Origin: a virus
Virus record (IMG/VR): IMGVR_UViG_3300011936_000008
Coordinates: 1-48,568 of that record
Direction: 5' to 3' (one strand)
DNA length: 48,568 bases
Of this stretch, positions 16,841-26,337 are shown piece by piece; position 1 is the first letter of the stretch, and each line of letters begins with the position of its first letter. A model generated the notes under the pieces. That model was not told the origin of the DNA. It worked only from the letters and a program-made list of their open reading frames with translations, and did not search any database. A program made the translations under genes and the position numbers.

Positions 16841-17713
16841 TTACCAAACTTCCTCTAGGGTGAATGAGGCCTTTACGAGAGGTTGCCTAACGAATGGTTC
16901 TATGGAGTACGAGAAGTCCTTGATGACTGCCCACCCACCAAGCCGGGGGGAGATGGGTGGCACGTGAGTACCTATCCACATCTGTAGAGGTGTGAACTCT
17001 TTCATGTACTCATACGCATCAACGATTCCCGTCACGTCTTGCGGGATGGTGAATGCCGGAGTTACGTACTCTCGCATTTCCACAGAGTCTATGGGCAGGG
17101 TGACAATAGGGCTTTTCGTGAATTGCGCGCCTGTCTTACCCCAGATGTGAATCTTCCCTTTACCGCGAGCGAATACCCGGAACCTACACACCGTGCCGGG
17201 TATGACCCATGTTTCATTCCCGTACACGGTTGAGCCTATAAGTTCATCCGCCCAGAAAGTAGGAAGATTATACCCATCTCGCGCGGTGAATGAACTCTCC
17301 ACCAGAGAGCCGAAGCTCTTGTTCTCGGAGCCGCCTACAGTACCAACCCACAGTGTTGGGCCTTCGGTTGCCGGCCCCATGAAGTTGTTCCGTCGTGCGT
17401 GCGGGGTCATGAGGAACCTGGGGGCGCGCTGGGACTCTACATATGTCGCCAGCATGGACACGTAATCCCACGGCATAGACATGCTCGCATTCCAGGAGCG
17501 AGGTGTCTTGCCGCGGAACGATACATGCCGGCGACCGCGAGACGAGGTGAAGAATGCGAGGTTCGACTGTGCCTCTTGTACGGACACAGATTCGTTGAAC
17601 GCTATGGGGAACGCGCGCCCACCCTCAATCATGAGGGTGGCATCATACGCCAGTCCATCCTGGTTGAATTTCTCAACAGGTTTCATCTGGAAGTCTTTAG
17701 ATGCCACCCTCAC
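16841..17713 (-). CDS. Distal tail protein (Dit-like, 290 aa)
   Basis: Directly downstream of the tape measure gene; size typical of Dit. Confidence 0.55.
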   Translation of the reverse strand: MRVASKDFQMKPVEKFNQDGLAYDATLMIEGGRAFPIAFNESVSVQEAQSNLAFFTSSRGRRHVSFRGKTPRSWNASMSMPWDYVSMLATYVESQRAPRFLMTPHARRNNFMGPATEGPTLWVGTVGGSENKSFGSLVESSFTARDGYNLPTFWADELIGSTVYGNETWVIPGTVCRFRVFARGKGKIHIWGKTGAQFTKSPIVTLPIDSVEMREYVTPAFTIPQDVTGIVDAYEYMKEFTPLQMWIGTHVPPISPRLGGWAVIKDFSYSIEPFVRQPLVKASFTLEEVW

Positions 17714-17728
17714 AATCCTTTCTTAGGC

Positions 17729-20700
17729 TTACACCGCCCGTCGTAGGGAACGGCGGCCACTATCACTAAAGTTCAAGACCGCTTCGTTACTACGCGGGTC
17801 TAGGGACAATTTTACATTATCCGACATGACCTGCATGAGCGCCGATGCCATAGTCTTCGCCGCCGTGCCGGTGGATAGTTGGGAGTTTACGTCCACATCC
17901 AGGGCGTGGGCTGTGCTTACGCCGAGCTTCGTAGTCGGGGCCGAAGCAGATACGGAGTCGAACGCTCCCTGAACCGACTGCAACGCCGACTCGGTCTGCT
18001 TCTTGACGTTGGCCGCCTCCGCCGCGATAGCCCCGCCGAAGTCGCGCATCAAGGCGCGACCCGAATAGGTGGTGTATCCCGTACCAGAGAACGGACCTTC
18101 CTTAGCCGGGGAGAACGGGAACAGCTTACGGATGTTCGATAGACCGTTCTTCACCGTGTTCTTCAAACCATTGAAGGCACTCACAATACCGTTCTTGAAG
18201 CCGTTGATAAGAGCCTGCCCAGACTCGAACAGGTTTACTGACTTGAAGATATTGATGATGTTGCTGGGGAAGTTCTTGATGAATCCTATAACCTCGTCAA
18301 CTTTTTGCTTGATGATGTCCTTGAAACCCTGCCACGACTCTTTAGTGATACCAAACAGCTGTGGCGCGAAGTTATCCATGCTGTCGAGCAATCCATGAAG
18401 CCAGCCACGGATACCCTCAACGATAGTGTTCCAGGTGTTCGACAAGAACTCACTGATACGGTTCCAGATAGCCTCAACTTCCTTTCGGGCGCCGTCAAAG
18501 TCTCCAGTCATGAGTTTCATAGCGCCGGAAACTAAATGCCCAAATACGTTGAGTGCTGCTCCGATACCGTCGAAGATAATTCCCAGCGTCGTGCCGAGGA
18601 ACCGGACAGCGTTGGCAATCTGCGGACCGAAGGCGTTCACGAAGAACGTCACAATCGGAGTAGCGACCTGGATAATACCGTTCGCTAGTTGGGCAATGGC
18701 TGAGAACAGAGGTTCAAGGTCATTCAGCAAGCCGGTGAAGCCCTCACTGATGGACTTGAACGCGTCCCCGATAGCGGGGGCAATTTCATTCTGAATCATA
18801 TCCGCAATCGGCTTGAAGAAATCCATTATGGACTGCCCAAGCTGATTGATATTATTGCGGAACTCTTCGGACGTGTTGTACAGGTACACGATAACGCCGA
18901 CAATCGCCAACAGAGCGGCGACTACCAATGCAACGGGCCCTGCTGCTGCCGCAATAGCCGCACCAACAGCCTCAAGTGAGCCGCCCGCACCGAACGCCGC
19001 GACGACACCCGACACGCCGCCAGCAATGGCACTAATGCCCGAGATAGCCCCACCAATACCGGCGATAAGACCGGAGATAGGACCGAGCGCGGCGACCAGG
19101 GCGGCAACGGCGGCGATAACCAGGAACAATGCCGTAGCAAGCTCGGGGTTCTGTTGTGCCCACGCACCGAACTGCTCAACCAACGGGCCGAGGTTCTGGC
19201 CTAACCATTCGATAGCATTCTTCAAACCCTCTGCGAGGATGGGAACAATCGCGTCAAGGGCTTCCTTGAGGCCCTTGAAAATAGGTGCAAGCGCATCCAG
19301 GGCGGCACCGAACACCGGCAAGAAGTGCTCAGCCATGTTGCCGATGATGCTGGCAAGCGAGCCAAGAATCTCGCCGAGGGGTCCAGAGTGCTCCGAAAGT
19401 TCAGCCATGCCCTTTGAGATACCGTCTACTGCATCCCGAATACCCGTCTGGAACGCGGGTGTCGAGACGGCTTCCGTGACGAGCTTGACCCAAGAGCTGA
19501 TGGTCTCTGAGATTTTACCCATGACGTAGGCGATGGTCTCTGCGGTCTCGTGCAGAGCCTTGCCGATGTACTCGAACGCCGGGCCTAGATTCCTCAATGC
19601 GTCATTAGCACCACGGAACAGTGTAACCATAGTCCACTGAGACTCAACGGAGGCGAGGTTATCACGTACCTTTTCAAGAGCGTTAGCGAAGTCTGTCAGA
19701 GACGCGCCGCCTGCTTCCTGTGCAGCCTTAGCAATATTCACTAGGATGCCCACGGCGGCTTGACCTGCGCGCCAGAACTCTTTCAGGGCGAAGATACCCT
19801 TGTCAATCGCGCCGGAGATGTCCGCGTGCTTAGTCCACTCATTGAACTTGTTCGCCATGTCGGTGAACCAGTCACCAAAGCGTGGGAAGAACTTCGCGCC
19901 AATGTCGATGAACCGCAGAAGACCCTCAGTCAGAGGACCCATGCCCTCACCCATACGGCGGATACCCTCAGCTGCAGAATCGAATATACTTGCGAATCCG
20001 CCCTGGTTAGCAAAATCTTGGGCTGCGCGTGCGGCCTTGCCGAAGAAATCACCGGTAGCTTCGGAAATCTCCAGCATCCCCTTCTCCCACGCCGGGAAGA
20101 CGGAATCGATGAAGTTCCTCATGGGGGTCTCAAAACGTTCCCAGAACTTATCCGCGCCCCTGTTGTTGAGGTCGGTAAGCCGGTCGTTCACGTCCTTCAT
20201 GCGGTCGTTCCACTGCTTGAGTGCATTCACGGATGCGAACGCCGCCACGCCGATACCCGTGAGGATACCAGGCAGGGCGAATGCACTCGGTGCAATGGAA
20301 ACGAGGGACGAGCCGAGGGCGAAGATGTGGCTAGTCAGGGACAACACCGAAGCGGAGACTGTCGAGATGACAGACCCCAGCTTGATAATCTTCGTGAGGT
20401 TCTTATCCAGGTCTTTCGTGAAGTCTGAGAACTTTTTCGTGAAATCCCATGTAGCGCGGGCACCCGACAGAGCCGCCAGGGCGGTGAGAACCTTAGCCGC
20501 AGCGGCTTTATCAATCTTCGGGGAGATAAGTACGTGCCGGGGGCGAGTAAGTGTCGCCAGCTTCATGCGAGCACGACCGGTATCTGCGTCTGCGTTGATA
20601 GTCACATCGCGGTCGTCGTCCAGTTCGTCCAGCTTATGCTCCGCATGGGCGGTATCGAGGTCTACCTCAGCGTGCAGGACGTGCTTATCACGGAAGAACG

Positions 20701-22336
20701 AGTCGTTCTTGAGGTGGTCCACGTTGAACGAATCCTTGAAACGCTCAACGGCGGCGCGGTTCGTGAACTTCTCTCGGGCGCGCTCTAGTCGTTCCAGGCG
20801 CTCACGAAGTAGATGAACTTTCAGACCCGCGCGCTCAAACGCATCTGCCCAGCGGTCAATCTCTTCGGAGTTACCGACCTTGACGGCGCGGCCATGCTTG
20901 TTAGCGAAGCTCGCTTGCAGACGTTCTGCCAGCTCAACATTGCGTCGAAGCTGCTCAATGGAGTCCTTAGCATCTGCCTTGAAATCGTCGAACAGGTGCA
21001 GTTTACGTTTGCGGGTGAACACGTCAGACATGCTCTTGTCGAACGTCTTCATCAGCTTTTCGTTCTCTGCAATCTGCTTGCCGACCTTGCGCATATCCGT
21101 CTGCATACGGCGAACACCATTGGTATCCCCGAGTGCACGGTATCGGGATGCTTGCCGGTCGAGCAGAACCTCTGCGCGTTTCAGCTCAGAAATCCACTGG
21201 CGCATGGGCTTCAAGCCGGAGCGGTACCCCTCAAAGGGGCGCGAGAAATCAATCTTGAGAAGGTCTTTAGCCCCTCGCGTGAAGAGGTTCTGAGCGCGGG
21301 TAATGTCTTGCAGTTCCTTGCGGTACCGCTTGAAGTTTTCCGCCTGGGAACGAACGCCGCGCGTAGCATCAGCCATGCGCTTGAGGTCTTTGATGTGCTG
21401 TTCTAAGGACTTATGCAGGGGTTTCAGTGGGTCGGAATCCCCCGAGACAACCAGGTCTTTGAGCCGTATCGGGTGGTCCTTGACGTGCTCAATATTGCTC
21501 TCTAGCCGGTCGAAGAACTCCTTTGTGACATCCTGCTCACCCTCAATCTCAAACTGCCCATCAACAATATGGTGGAACTTGTTCACCATACTGTCGGCAA
21601 TATCACGGATACGCTCAGACATAGTGCGCATACGACGCTCAGAGCGGTTAGCGCTACGCTCTATCTCCTGGTTGAAATCCCTGAAACCCTGAGTAGCTTC
21701 TCGGAACATGGAACGGTTGAAGCCGGCGCCGATTCCCACGGCGGGGATGTTCGGTGTTTTGCGAAGCCTCTCAATGAGCGCCTTGTGCTGGCGATTGAAA
21801 ACATCATCATCCAGCTTGAGCGGTACCTTTATCTCAGACTTCGCAAGACCCTTGACAATATCATCATGGAGCTGATGAACAGTCTTCGCAGATTCAACGT
21901 GTACGTTGGGAATTTCGAAGTGATACTTGAACGCATCCTTCATACGCTGAAGCTGTTCGCGCATGGTGAGCTTAGGCTTCACCTCAGGCTGTTCGCGCTC
22001 TACAGACTCCTTGACCTGCTTGCGAACGCGCTTCGTATCCACGTCCGCTTTTATCTTCACGTCACGGACGTTACGGGTAGCCTGCTTGAGCTTTTCACCA
22101 ACGTTGTTAACATCTACATCAGCCTTGACGGATACACGAGTATCCAGCTGGCGTAGCTGTTGTTTCAGCTTCTCTAGGGCAGACTTATCAAGCTCCGGCG
22201 TGACCCGGATATGCATGATTCGCTCTGCCTGTTTCTTCGCCTTCTCCAGGGTAGGACGAAGTTTCTGGTTGAAATTCTCCGCATCAGGGAGAACGCGTAT
22301 GTGTACGCGCCCGGCTTCAAAACTTCCTGCCGCCAA
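17729..22336 (-). CDS. Tail tape measure protein (1535 aa)
   Basis: Very long charged coiled-coil-rich N-terminal third. Central hydrophobic Ala/Gly-rich TM-like block (ALFLVIAAVAALVAALGPISGLIAGIGGAISGI). Lies directly after the G/G-T chaperone genes. Confidence 0.9.
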   Translation of the reverse strand: MAAGSFEAGRVHIRVLPDAENFNQKLRPTLEKAKKQAERIMHIRVTPELDKSALEKLKQQLRQLDTRVSVKADVDVNNVGEKLKQATRNVRDVKIKADVDTKRVRKQVKESVEREQPEVKPKLTMREQLQRMKDAFKYHFEIPNVHVESAKTVHQLHDDIVKGLAKSEIKVPLKLDDDVFNRQHKALIERLRKTPNIPAVGIGAGFNRSMFREATQGFRDFNQEIERSANRSERRMRTMSERIRDIADSMVNKFHHIVDGQFEIEGEQDVTKEFFDRLESNIEHVKDHPIRLKDLVVSGDSDPLKPLHKSLEQHIKDLKRMADATRGVRSQAENFKRYRKELQDITRAQNLFTRGAKDLLKIDFSRPFEGYRSGLKPMRQWISELKRAEVLLDRQASRYRALGDTNGVRRMQTDMRKVGKQIAENEKLMKTFDKSMSDVFTRKRKLHLFDDFKADAKDSIEQLRRNVELAERLQASFANKHGRAVKVGNSEEIDRWADAFERAGLKVHLLRERLERLERAREKFTNRAAVERFKDSFNVDHLKNDSFFRDKHVLHAEVDLDTAHAEHKLDELDDDRDVTINADADTGRARMKLATLTRPRHVLISPKIDKAAAAKVLTALAALSGARATWDFTKKFSDFTKDLDKNLTKIIKLGSVISTVSASVLSLTSHIFALGSSLVSIAPSAFALPGILTGIGVAAFASVNALKQWNDRMKDVNDRLTDLNNRGADKFWERFETPMRNFIDSVFPAWEKGMLEISEATGDFFGKAARAAQDFANQGGFASIFDSAAEGIRRMGEGMGPLTEGLLRFIDIGAKFFPRFGDWFTDMANKFNEWTKHADISGAIDKGIFALKEFWRAGQAAVGILVNIAKAAQEAGGASLTDFANALEKVRDNLASVESQWTMVTLFRGANDALRNLGPAFEYIGKALHETAETIAYVMGKISETISSWVKLVTEAVSTPAFQTGIRDAVDGISKGMAELSEHSGPLGEILGSLASIIGNMAEHFLPVFGAALDALAPIFKGLKEALDAIVPILAEGLKNAIEWLGQNLGPLVEQFGAWAQQNPELATALFLVIAAVAALVAALGPISGLIAGIGGAISGISAIAGGVSGVVAAFGAGGSLEAVGAAIAAAAGPVALVVAALLAIVGVIVYLYNTSEEFRNNINQLGQSIMDFFKPIADMIQNEIAPAIGDAFKSISEGFTGLLNDLEPLFSAIAQLANGIIQVATPIVTFFVNAFGPQIANAVRFLGTTLGIIFDGIGAALNVFGHLVSGAMKLMTGDFDGARKEVEAIWNRISEFLSNTWNTIVEGIRGWLHGLLDSMDNFAPQLFGITKESWQGFKDIIKQKVDEVIGFIKNFPSNIINIFKSVNLFESGQALINGFKNGIVSAFNGLKNTVKNGLSNIRKLFPFSPAKEGPFSGTGYTTYSGRALMRDFGGAIAAEAANVKKQTESALQSVQGAFDSVSASAPTTKLGVSTAHALDVDVNSQLSTGTAAKTMASALMQVMSDNVKLSLDPRSNEAVLNFSDSGRRSLRRAV

Positions 22337-22351
22337 GGGTCACCTTCCTGT

Positions 22352-23421
22352 TTATTCTACGTCCGTGCCGGGTGGCGCGTTTTCCTCTCCGGTGAACAGA
22401 GTCCCCCAGTCAATAACCCCGGCGGCCGCTTCCATAGCAAACGCTTGTTTTTCCATGGCCGTCATAACTTCGTCCTTCGAGAAATTATGTTTCGGCTTAC
22501 CACTCTCATTATACGGGGATGGGTACTCCACAAACTCTGGCGGCTCGGAGTTTTTCTCTTGGTTAGCCGTGATGTACATGTTGCGGAATGACGTGATGGA
22601 ATCTGCAATGTATTTCAGTGTCATCTCGAGCCGGGAGTATCCGAACCATGCATCCTTCGGGTCTACATCCTTGACCTCTTCGGAATCCGGTTCCGGCTCT
22701 GGTAGCTGGTGCCTGTATAAACTACGCTCTTCGAAAGCAAGCCGGGACAATAAGGCTTTGGTGACCTTACTATCCCGGCTTGCCCACTCACGCAGAGGGT
22801 CATAGTGATACAGCGCTATGAAGTCTGCGCAAATAACAGGCTGTGTCGTTAGATATTCAAAGAGCGCGCGACGTTTCCCAGTTCACCCACGTAACCCATG
22901 ACGAAGTTGCTCATGTCGCCGATGCCCGCCAAGGTATCGTGCGAGCGCCACTCAGCAAGGTTCTCCGGCGGAACAACAGTCTCTTCAAAGATTTGCAGGA
23001 TAGCTCGGGTGGCTGCCAAATCCACGCCGGGGTTCTCGTCCTTGTCCTCACCCTCTACAATCTTCCAGATAGACATAGTTTCCGAAAGAAGCTGTAACGC
23101 AACGGTACCGCGCAAAGTCTCAAGCGGGGTAACAAGACGGTACAACGGGCTAGTGCGTGGGTCGGGCAAGTCTTCCAGACCTTCAGGCTCAGTATTACCC
23201 TCAGCAACAGGTTCGGACACCTGCGCCGGTTGTGCCTGTGCCGGCGCGGTTGCAGTTTGGGTAGCTTCCTGCTGGATACGGTCTAGAGCCGCGTTGTAAC
23301 TGTCGGCTTCTGGCGCGAACTCCGCCGCGACCGGGATAGCGCGTCCGTCTGCGCCGAATACCAAGCCGGGGGTTTTGCTGGTGTACTCGTTGGGTTGGTT
23401 GCCCAAAGCATTTCCTCTCAC
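22352..23421 (-). CDS. Tail assembly chaperone G-T, made by programmed -1 ribosomal frameshift
   Basis: The downstream frame is open from 22882 to 22352 and overlaps the end of G by 33 nt. Slippery heptamer GGGAAAC (minus strand, 22879-22873) lies in the overlap in the correct X XXY YYZ phase. The coordinate frames differ by exactly -1. Confidence 0.65.
22849..23421 (-). CDS. Tail assembly chaperone G (start GTG 23421 or TTG 23406)
   Basis: Acidic protein between the major tail protein and tape measure. Stop TAA at 22851-22849. Overlaps the downstream open frame. Confidence 0.65.
   Translation of the reverse strand: MRGNALGNQPNEYTSKTPGLVFGADGRAIPVAAEFAPEADSYNAALDRIQQEATQTATAPAQAQPAQVSEPVAEGNTEPEGLEDLPDPRTSPLYRLVTPLETLRGTVALQLLSETMSIWKIVEGEDKDENPGVDLAATRAILQIFEETVVPPENLAEWRSHDTLAGIGDMSNFVMGYVGELGNVARSLNI
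22873..22879 (-). promoter_or_regulatory. Slippery heptanucleotide GGGAAAC for the -1 programmed frameshift
   Basis: Zero-frame codons CTG GGA AAC; after a -1 slip GGG AAA CGT continues in the T frame. Confidence 0.6.
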
Positions 23422-23430
23422 TAAAACAAA

Positions 23431-23461
23431 AGTGCCTGTGACTCATAACGAGCCACAGGCA
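23431..23461 (-). terminator. Stem-loop after the major tail protein gene (partial terminator/attenuator)
   Basis: Minus strand GCCTGTGGCTCGTTATGAGTCACAGGC (7-bp stem) followed by ACTTTTGTTT. Confidence 0.4.
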
Positions 23462-23490
23462 CAGTATAGCATGTGAGCTATGTACTAGAT

Positions 23491-24177
23491 TTAGCCACCG
23501 ACGCGAGCACCGGGGCCGCCAGCGGCAGGCTGTCCACCACCGGCAACAGGGGCGGCTGCTTTCTTCTTCGGAACGATGGTAGCGATAGCATCCTTCGCAC
23601 CGGCGGTAACCTGCTCTGCGGTAGGTGCAAGCACAGTTGCCGTGACGGGGATAGGCACGAGAGCGCCCTTCGAGGTTTCTCCACGGCCATTAGCAGAGAG
23701 CTGAGCGTTCGGCATGTAGTCGAACACAGTCATCTCGGAGTCCGCACGGATGAACAACAGCGAAGTGTTCACGGTGCGGGGCTTGCCGCCTGCCCACTGG
23801 ATAAGCTCTGCTTCGGTCTCTTCCAAGGTTGCAGGGTCATTGCCGCCCTGAGTCAACTGGAGAACACGCTTGTTGAAGGTGTGCAGGGTGAACTCGAACT
23901 TGGTGGTGACGTTACCAATGATGTTACGTACTGCCGCAACCTCAGCGGTGTCGATAACGGTAGCGTCGCCACCGTCAGACGAGAAGGTCGGCAGGGTCTC
24001 TGCAGAGGTCAGACCAATGGGTGCCCAGCCTTCGGGGTAAGTGGTGCTGTCATCAGCCTTGAACTTGCTGACGGCACCCTTCGGTGGCGGCGCGAAGGTA
24101 CCAGTCTTGGGTGCCAGCACCGTAACAAAGTCCGCAACGAGGACTTCACTCGGGTTATATTCAATAGGCTTAGCCAT
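23491..24177 (-). CDS. Major tail protein (228 aa)
   Basis: Lies directly upstream (in transcription order) of the G/G-T chaperones; Thr/Ala-rich; C-terminal Gly/Ala/Pro-rich extension. Confidence 0.7.
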   Translation of the reverse strand: MAKPIEYNPSEVLVADFVTVLAPKTGTFAPPPKGAVSKFKADDSTTYPEGWAPIGLTSAETLPTFSSDGGDATVIDTAEVAAVRNIIGNVTTKFEFTLHTFNKRVLQLTQGGNDPATLEETEAELIQWAGGKPRTVNTSLLFIRADSEMTVFDYMPNAQLSANGRGETSKGALVPIPVTATVLAPTAEQVTAGAKDAIATIVPKKKAAAPVAGGGQPAAGGPGARVGG

Positions 24178-24178
24178 A

Positions 24179-24676
24179 TTAGAGAACTCCTAGTTCTTGC
24201 AATGCCTTGGAAGGCTCTTCCATATTAGGTGCGCCAAACAGGACATCCCGTGGCGCGAATGCAGTCAATGTTAGGGTGCTGTCTGACTGCTCCCCGGATA
24301 CCGTCGTGACGGCGGCAACCGAAAATTCTGAATTGGGTACCTGCGTTAAAGTATATCCCCTCAGCACCACACCGGATACTTCCTTGCCAACTTCGGCGCA
24401 CTTCTGGATATAAGAGTGCGCTCGCATGGCTAGGCTATCAGCCGAGACGTTCGCTAACTTGCCCGTTCGGGGGGAGTACACGCGCAATCGGATGTTCATC
24501 ATGAGCTTCCACAGAGTACCCTCGGCGTTCACTGGAGTGTACGTAGCCCACATGACGTGGTGCTGAATCCACCATGATGGGAGTTTGCTCGGTGGCACGT
24601 TCTGAATCACATGCCCCGGCGCGAACTCTGACAGTAGACTCTGCATGGTTTCAGTTAAACTCAATGCGGTTTCCAT
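24179..24676 (-). CDS. Tail terminator / tail completion protein (165 aa)
   Basis: Synteny: between the neck proteins and the major tail protein. Confidence 0.45.
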   Translation of the reverse strand: METALSLTETMQSLLSEFAPGHVIQNVPPSKLPSWWIQHHVMWATYTPVNAEGTLWKLMMNIRLRVYSPRTGKLANVSADSLAMRAHSYIQKCAEVGKEVSGVVLRGYTLTQVPNSEFSVAAVTTVSGEQSDSTLTLTAFAPRDVLFGAPNMEEPSKALQELGVL

Positions 24677-25173
24677 TAGTAACCTCCGTGCCGGGTTCCG
24701 CGTGAACCTGAGCGGTCAATCTCTGCGTTCGCACGAACCGCATTCCAGTTGGTCTTCTGTAGTGCTGGCATAGGACGCGACAGGGCGTGCAGTGAGACGG
24801 CCTTAGCCGCTGCGCCAACCAGGAAGAAGTGCCCTCGCTGGAAGCGTGTAACCTTCTGCTTACGTCCGTTCGAGAACTGAATCTCGTTGGTTGCTATGCC
24901 AAGCTCAACGATGTGCGCGGCGGGGTCATCGTTGTAGACAACCCTATCCCATACCGGAATATTCGGGTACTGCTGTGGTCCCTTGTAGAGCGACCGCCGT
25001 ACCCCGAAATGGTCTACGTAAGAATCAGACGTAGATTTTCGGTAGGGCTCAGCTGCGGCTTTCGCGTCGTTCTTGATAGCCTCCGCAACACGGTCAAGCG
25101 CGCGTGTCCTGGTGGAGACCAACGACGCGGCGCGCTTCGAGTTAGTGCGGTATAGCTCAATTCCGTCACTCAA
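24676..25173 (-). CDS. Neck / tail-attachment protein (HK97 gp10-like position, 165 aa)
   Basis: Synteny; ATGA-type coupling with neighbouring genes. Confidence 0.45.
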   Translation of the reverse strand: MSDGIELYRTNSKRAASLVSTRTRALDRVAEAIKNDAKAAAEPYRKSTSDSYVDHFGVRRSLYKGPQQYPNIPVWDRVVYNDDPAAHIVELGIATNEIQFSNGRKQKVTRFQRGHFFLVGAAAKAVSLHALSRPMPALQKTNWNAVRANAEIDRSGSRGTRHGGY

Positions 25174-25657
25174 TTGGTACCCCCGATAACTCTCTGTCGT
25201 TGCCCCTGGTTATCGCAACCTTATCGTGCTGAGTGCGCACTCCCATTCGGAAGACAACTTCGCGGGCGTTGATGGTGTAGTAGTACGGCTTCGAGGATGT
25301 CTTCTGGGGCATGAGTCCAGCCTGTCGGGTGTACTTGCCGGGGGTATATACCACGACCGCGTTCACAGGGAACTCGTCTTGGTACTCTTGAGGCAGTGAC
25401 TCGCGTAGCTTATCGAACGTGCCGGGGGGAGATGTTAGCGCTCCGGTCGTAGAGAGTTTCGTACCGTAGTAATCTTCTCGCACCGACGAAGTTCGGGAGA
25501 GGTTATCAGACGCGATAGGCTGGAAGTTGCAGCGCACTACCAGGGGTTTCTGCATGTACTCCACTGCGTACATACCGTCAGGCTTTAGTACACTACGCGC
25601 CGGGTAAATCTCCACGACGTGGCGTGGGTTGGATACTAACGTCATCCGCAGAACCAC
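25166..25657 (-). CDS. Head closure / head-tail adaptor protein (163 aa)
   Basis: Synteny after the gp6-like connector gene. Confidence 0.45.
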   Translation of the reverse strand: MVLRMTLVSNPRHVVEIYPARSVLKPDGMYAVEYMQKPLVVRCNFQPIASDNLSRTSSVREDYYGTKLSTTGALTSPPGTFDKLRESLPQEYQDEFPVNAVVVYTPGKYTRQAGLMPQKTSSKPYYYTINAREVVFRMGVRTQHDKVAITRGNDRELSGVPIE

Positions 25658-26085
25658 CCCTTATTCCACCCCGGTGTGGGGGATGCTGTAAACGTGGGGT
25701 CTGGCGACATCTTGACCGACCCTACAAAAGACTCGCTGGTCTTGCATCCAAGACCCTCAAGTTCCTTATCTGTGAACCAAATGTTCGGGGATTGTGCCAC
25801 GCGGTCAATCTGAATCTCATACGCGGACTCTTTCTCAGAGATGTACCCCGAGCGGTCATCCTTTGCTACTCGCATGACGGCGGCCACGACAACGGCACGA
25901 ATGCGCACCGCTGTGAGCTTATCCGGTTCTTCCTTGCCGGCAATGATATTTGCCAGGCGAGGACAATACCCCGCGAGCATGGCGAGTGCTTCCTCAATCT
26001 TAGACGCAATGAATTTCTCAGAGCGGTCTACGACATCACCGTCTAGTGCGGTGTACACATCCTCAACAGTGACTTCCATGCTCAC
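25642..26085 (-). CDS. Head-tail connector protein (gp6-like, 147 aa)
   Basis: Synteny immediately after the capsid gene block; size and acidic N-terminus typical of this position. Confidence 0.45.
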   Translation of the reverse strand: MSMEVTVEDVYTALDGDVVDRSEKFIASKIEEALAMLAGYCPRLANIIAGKEEPDKLTAVRIRAVVVAAVMRVAKDDRSGYISEKESAYEIQIDRVAQSPNIWFTDKELEGLGCKTSESFVGSVKMSPDPTFTASPTPGWNKGWFCG

Positions 26086-26097
26086 GGGGTATATTCC

Positions 26098-26307
26098 TTA
26101 CTTACTGGCGCGGGAACGAGTGTTCTTGCGCGCCGGGGTTTTCTTCTCTTCCTCAGCGGGTTCTTCTACGGACGTATCTGCGTGAAGACCAGTTACGTCC
26201 GGGTTATCAACCTGGGAGAGAACGTGGTCGCTAAGCTCACTCCCTTCCGGTAGGAATACGACTTCGCCATATTCGTTGTGGATATATGTAGGTGCCTTAG
26301 TGACCAT
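26098..26307 (-). CDS. Small protein (69 aa) with a basic C-terminal tail, hypothetical
   Basis: Strong RBS GAAGGAGAAAAG 5 nt before the ATG; ends KKTPARKNTRSRASK. Confidence 0.55.
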   Translation of the reverse strand: MVTKAPTYIHNEYGEVVFLPEGSELSDHVLSQVDNPDVTGLHADTSVEEPAEEEKKTPARKNTRSRASK

Positions 26308-26337
26308 GTTCTTTTCTCCTTCAGATAGTTAGCTTAC

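Noticed and set aside
17879-22805. Multiple plus-strand ORFs of up to 338 aa (for example 19800..20816, 21963..22805) inside the tape-measure gene
   Set aside because: Antisense to the 1535-aa minus-strand ORF; Arg/Ser-rich low-complexity translations; no RBS.
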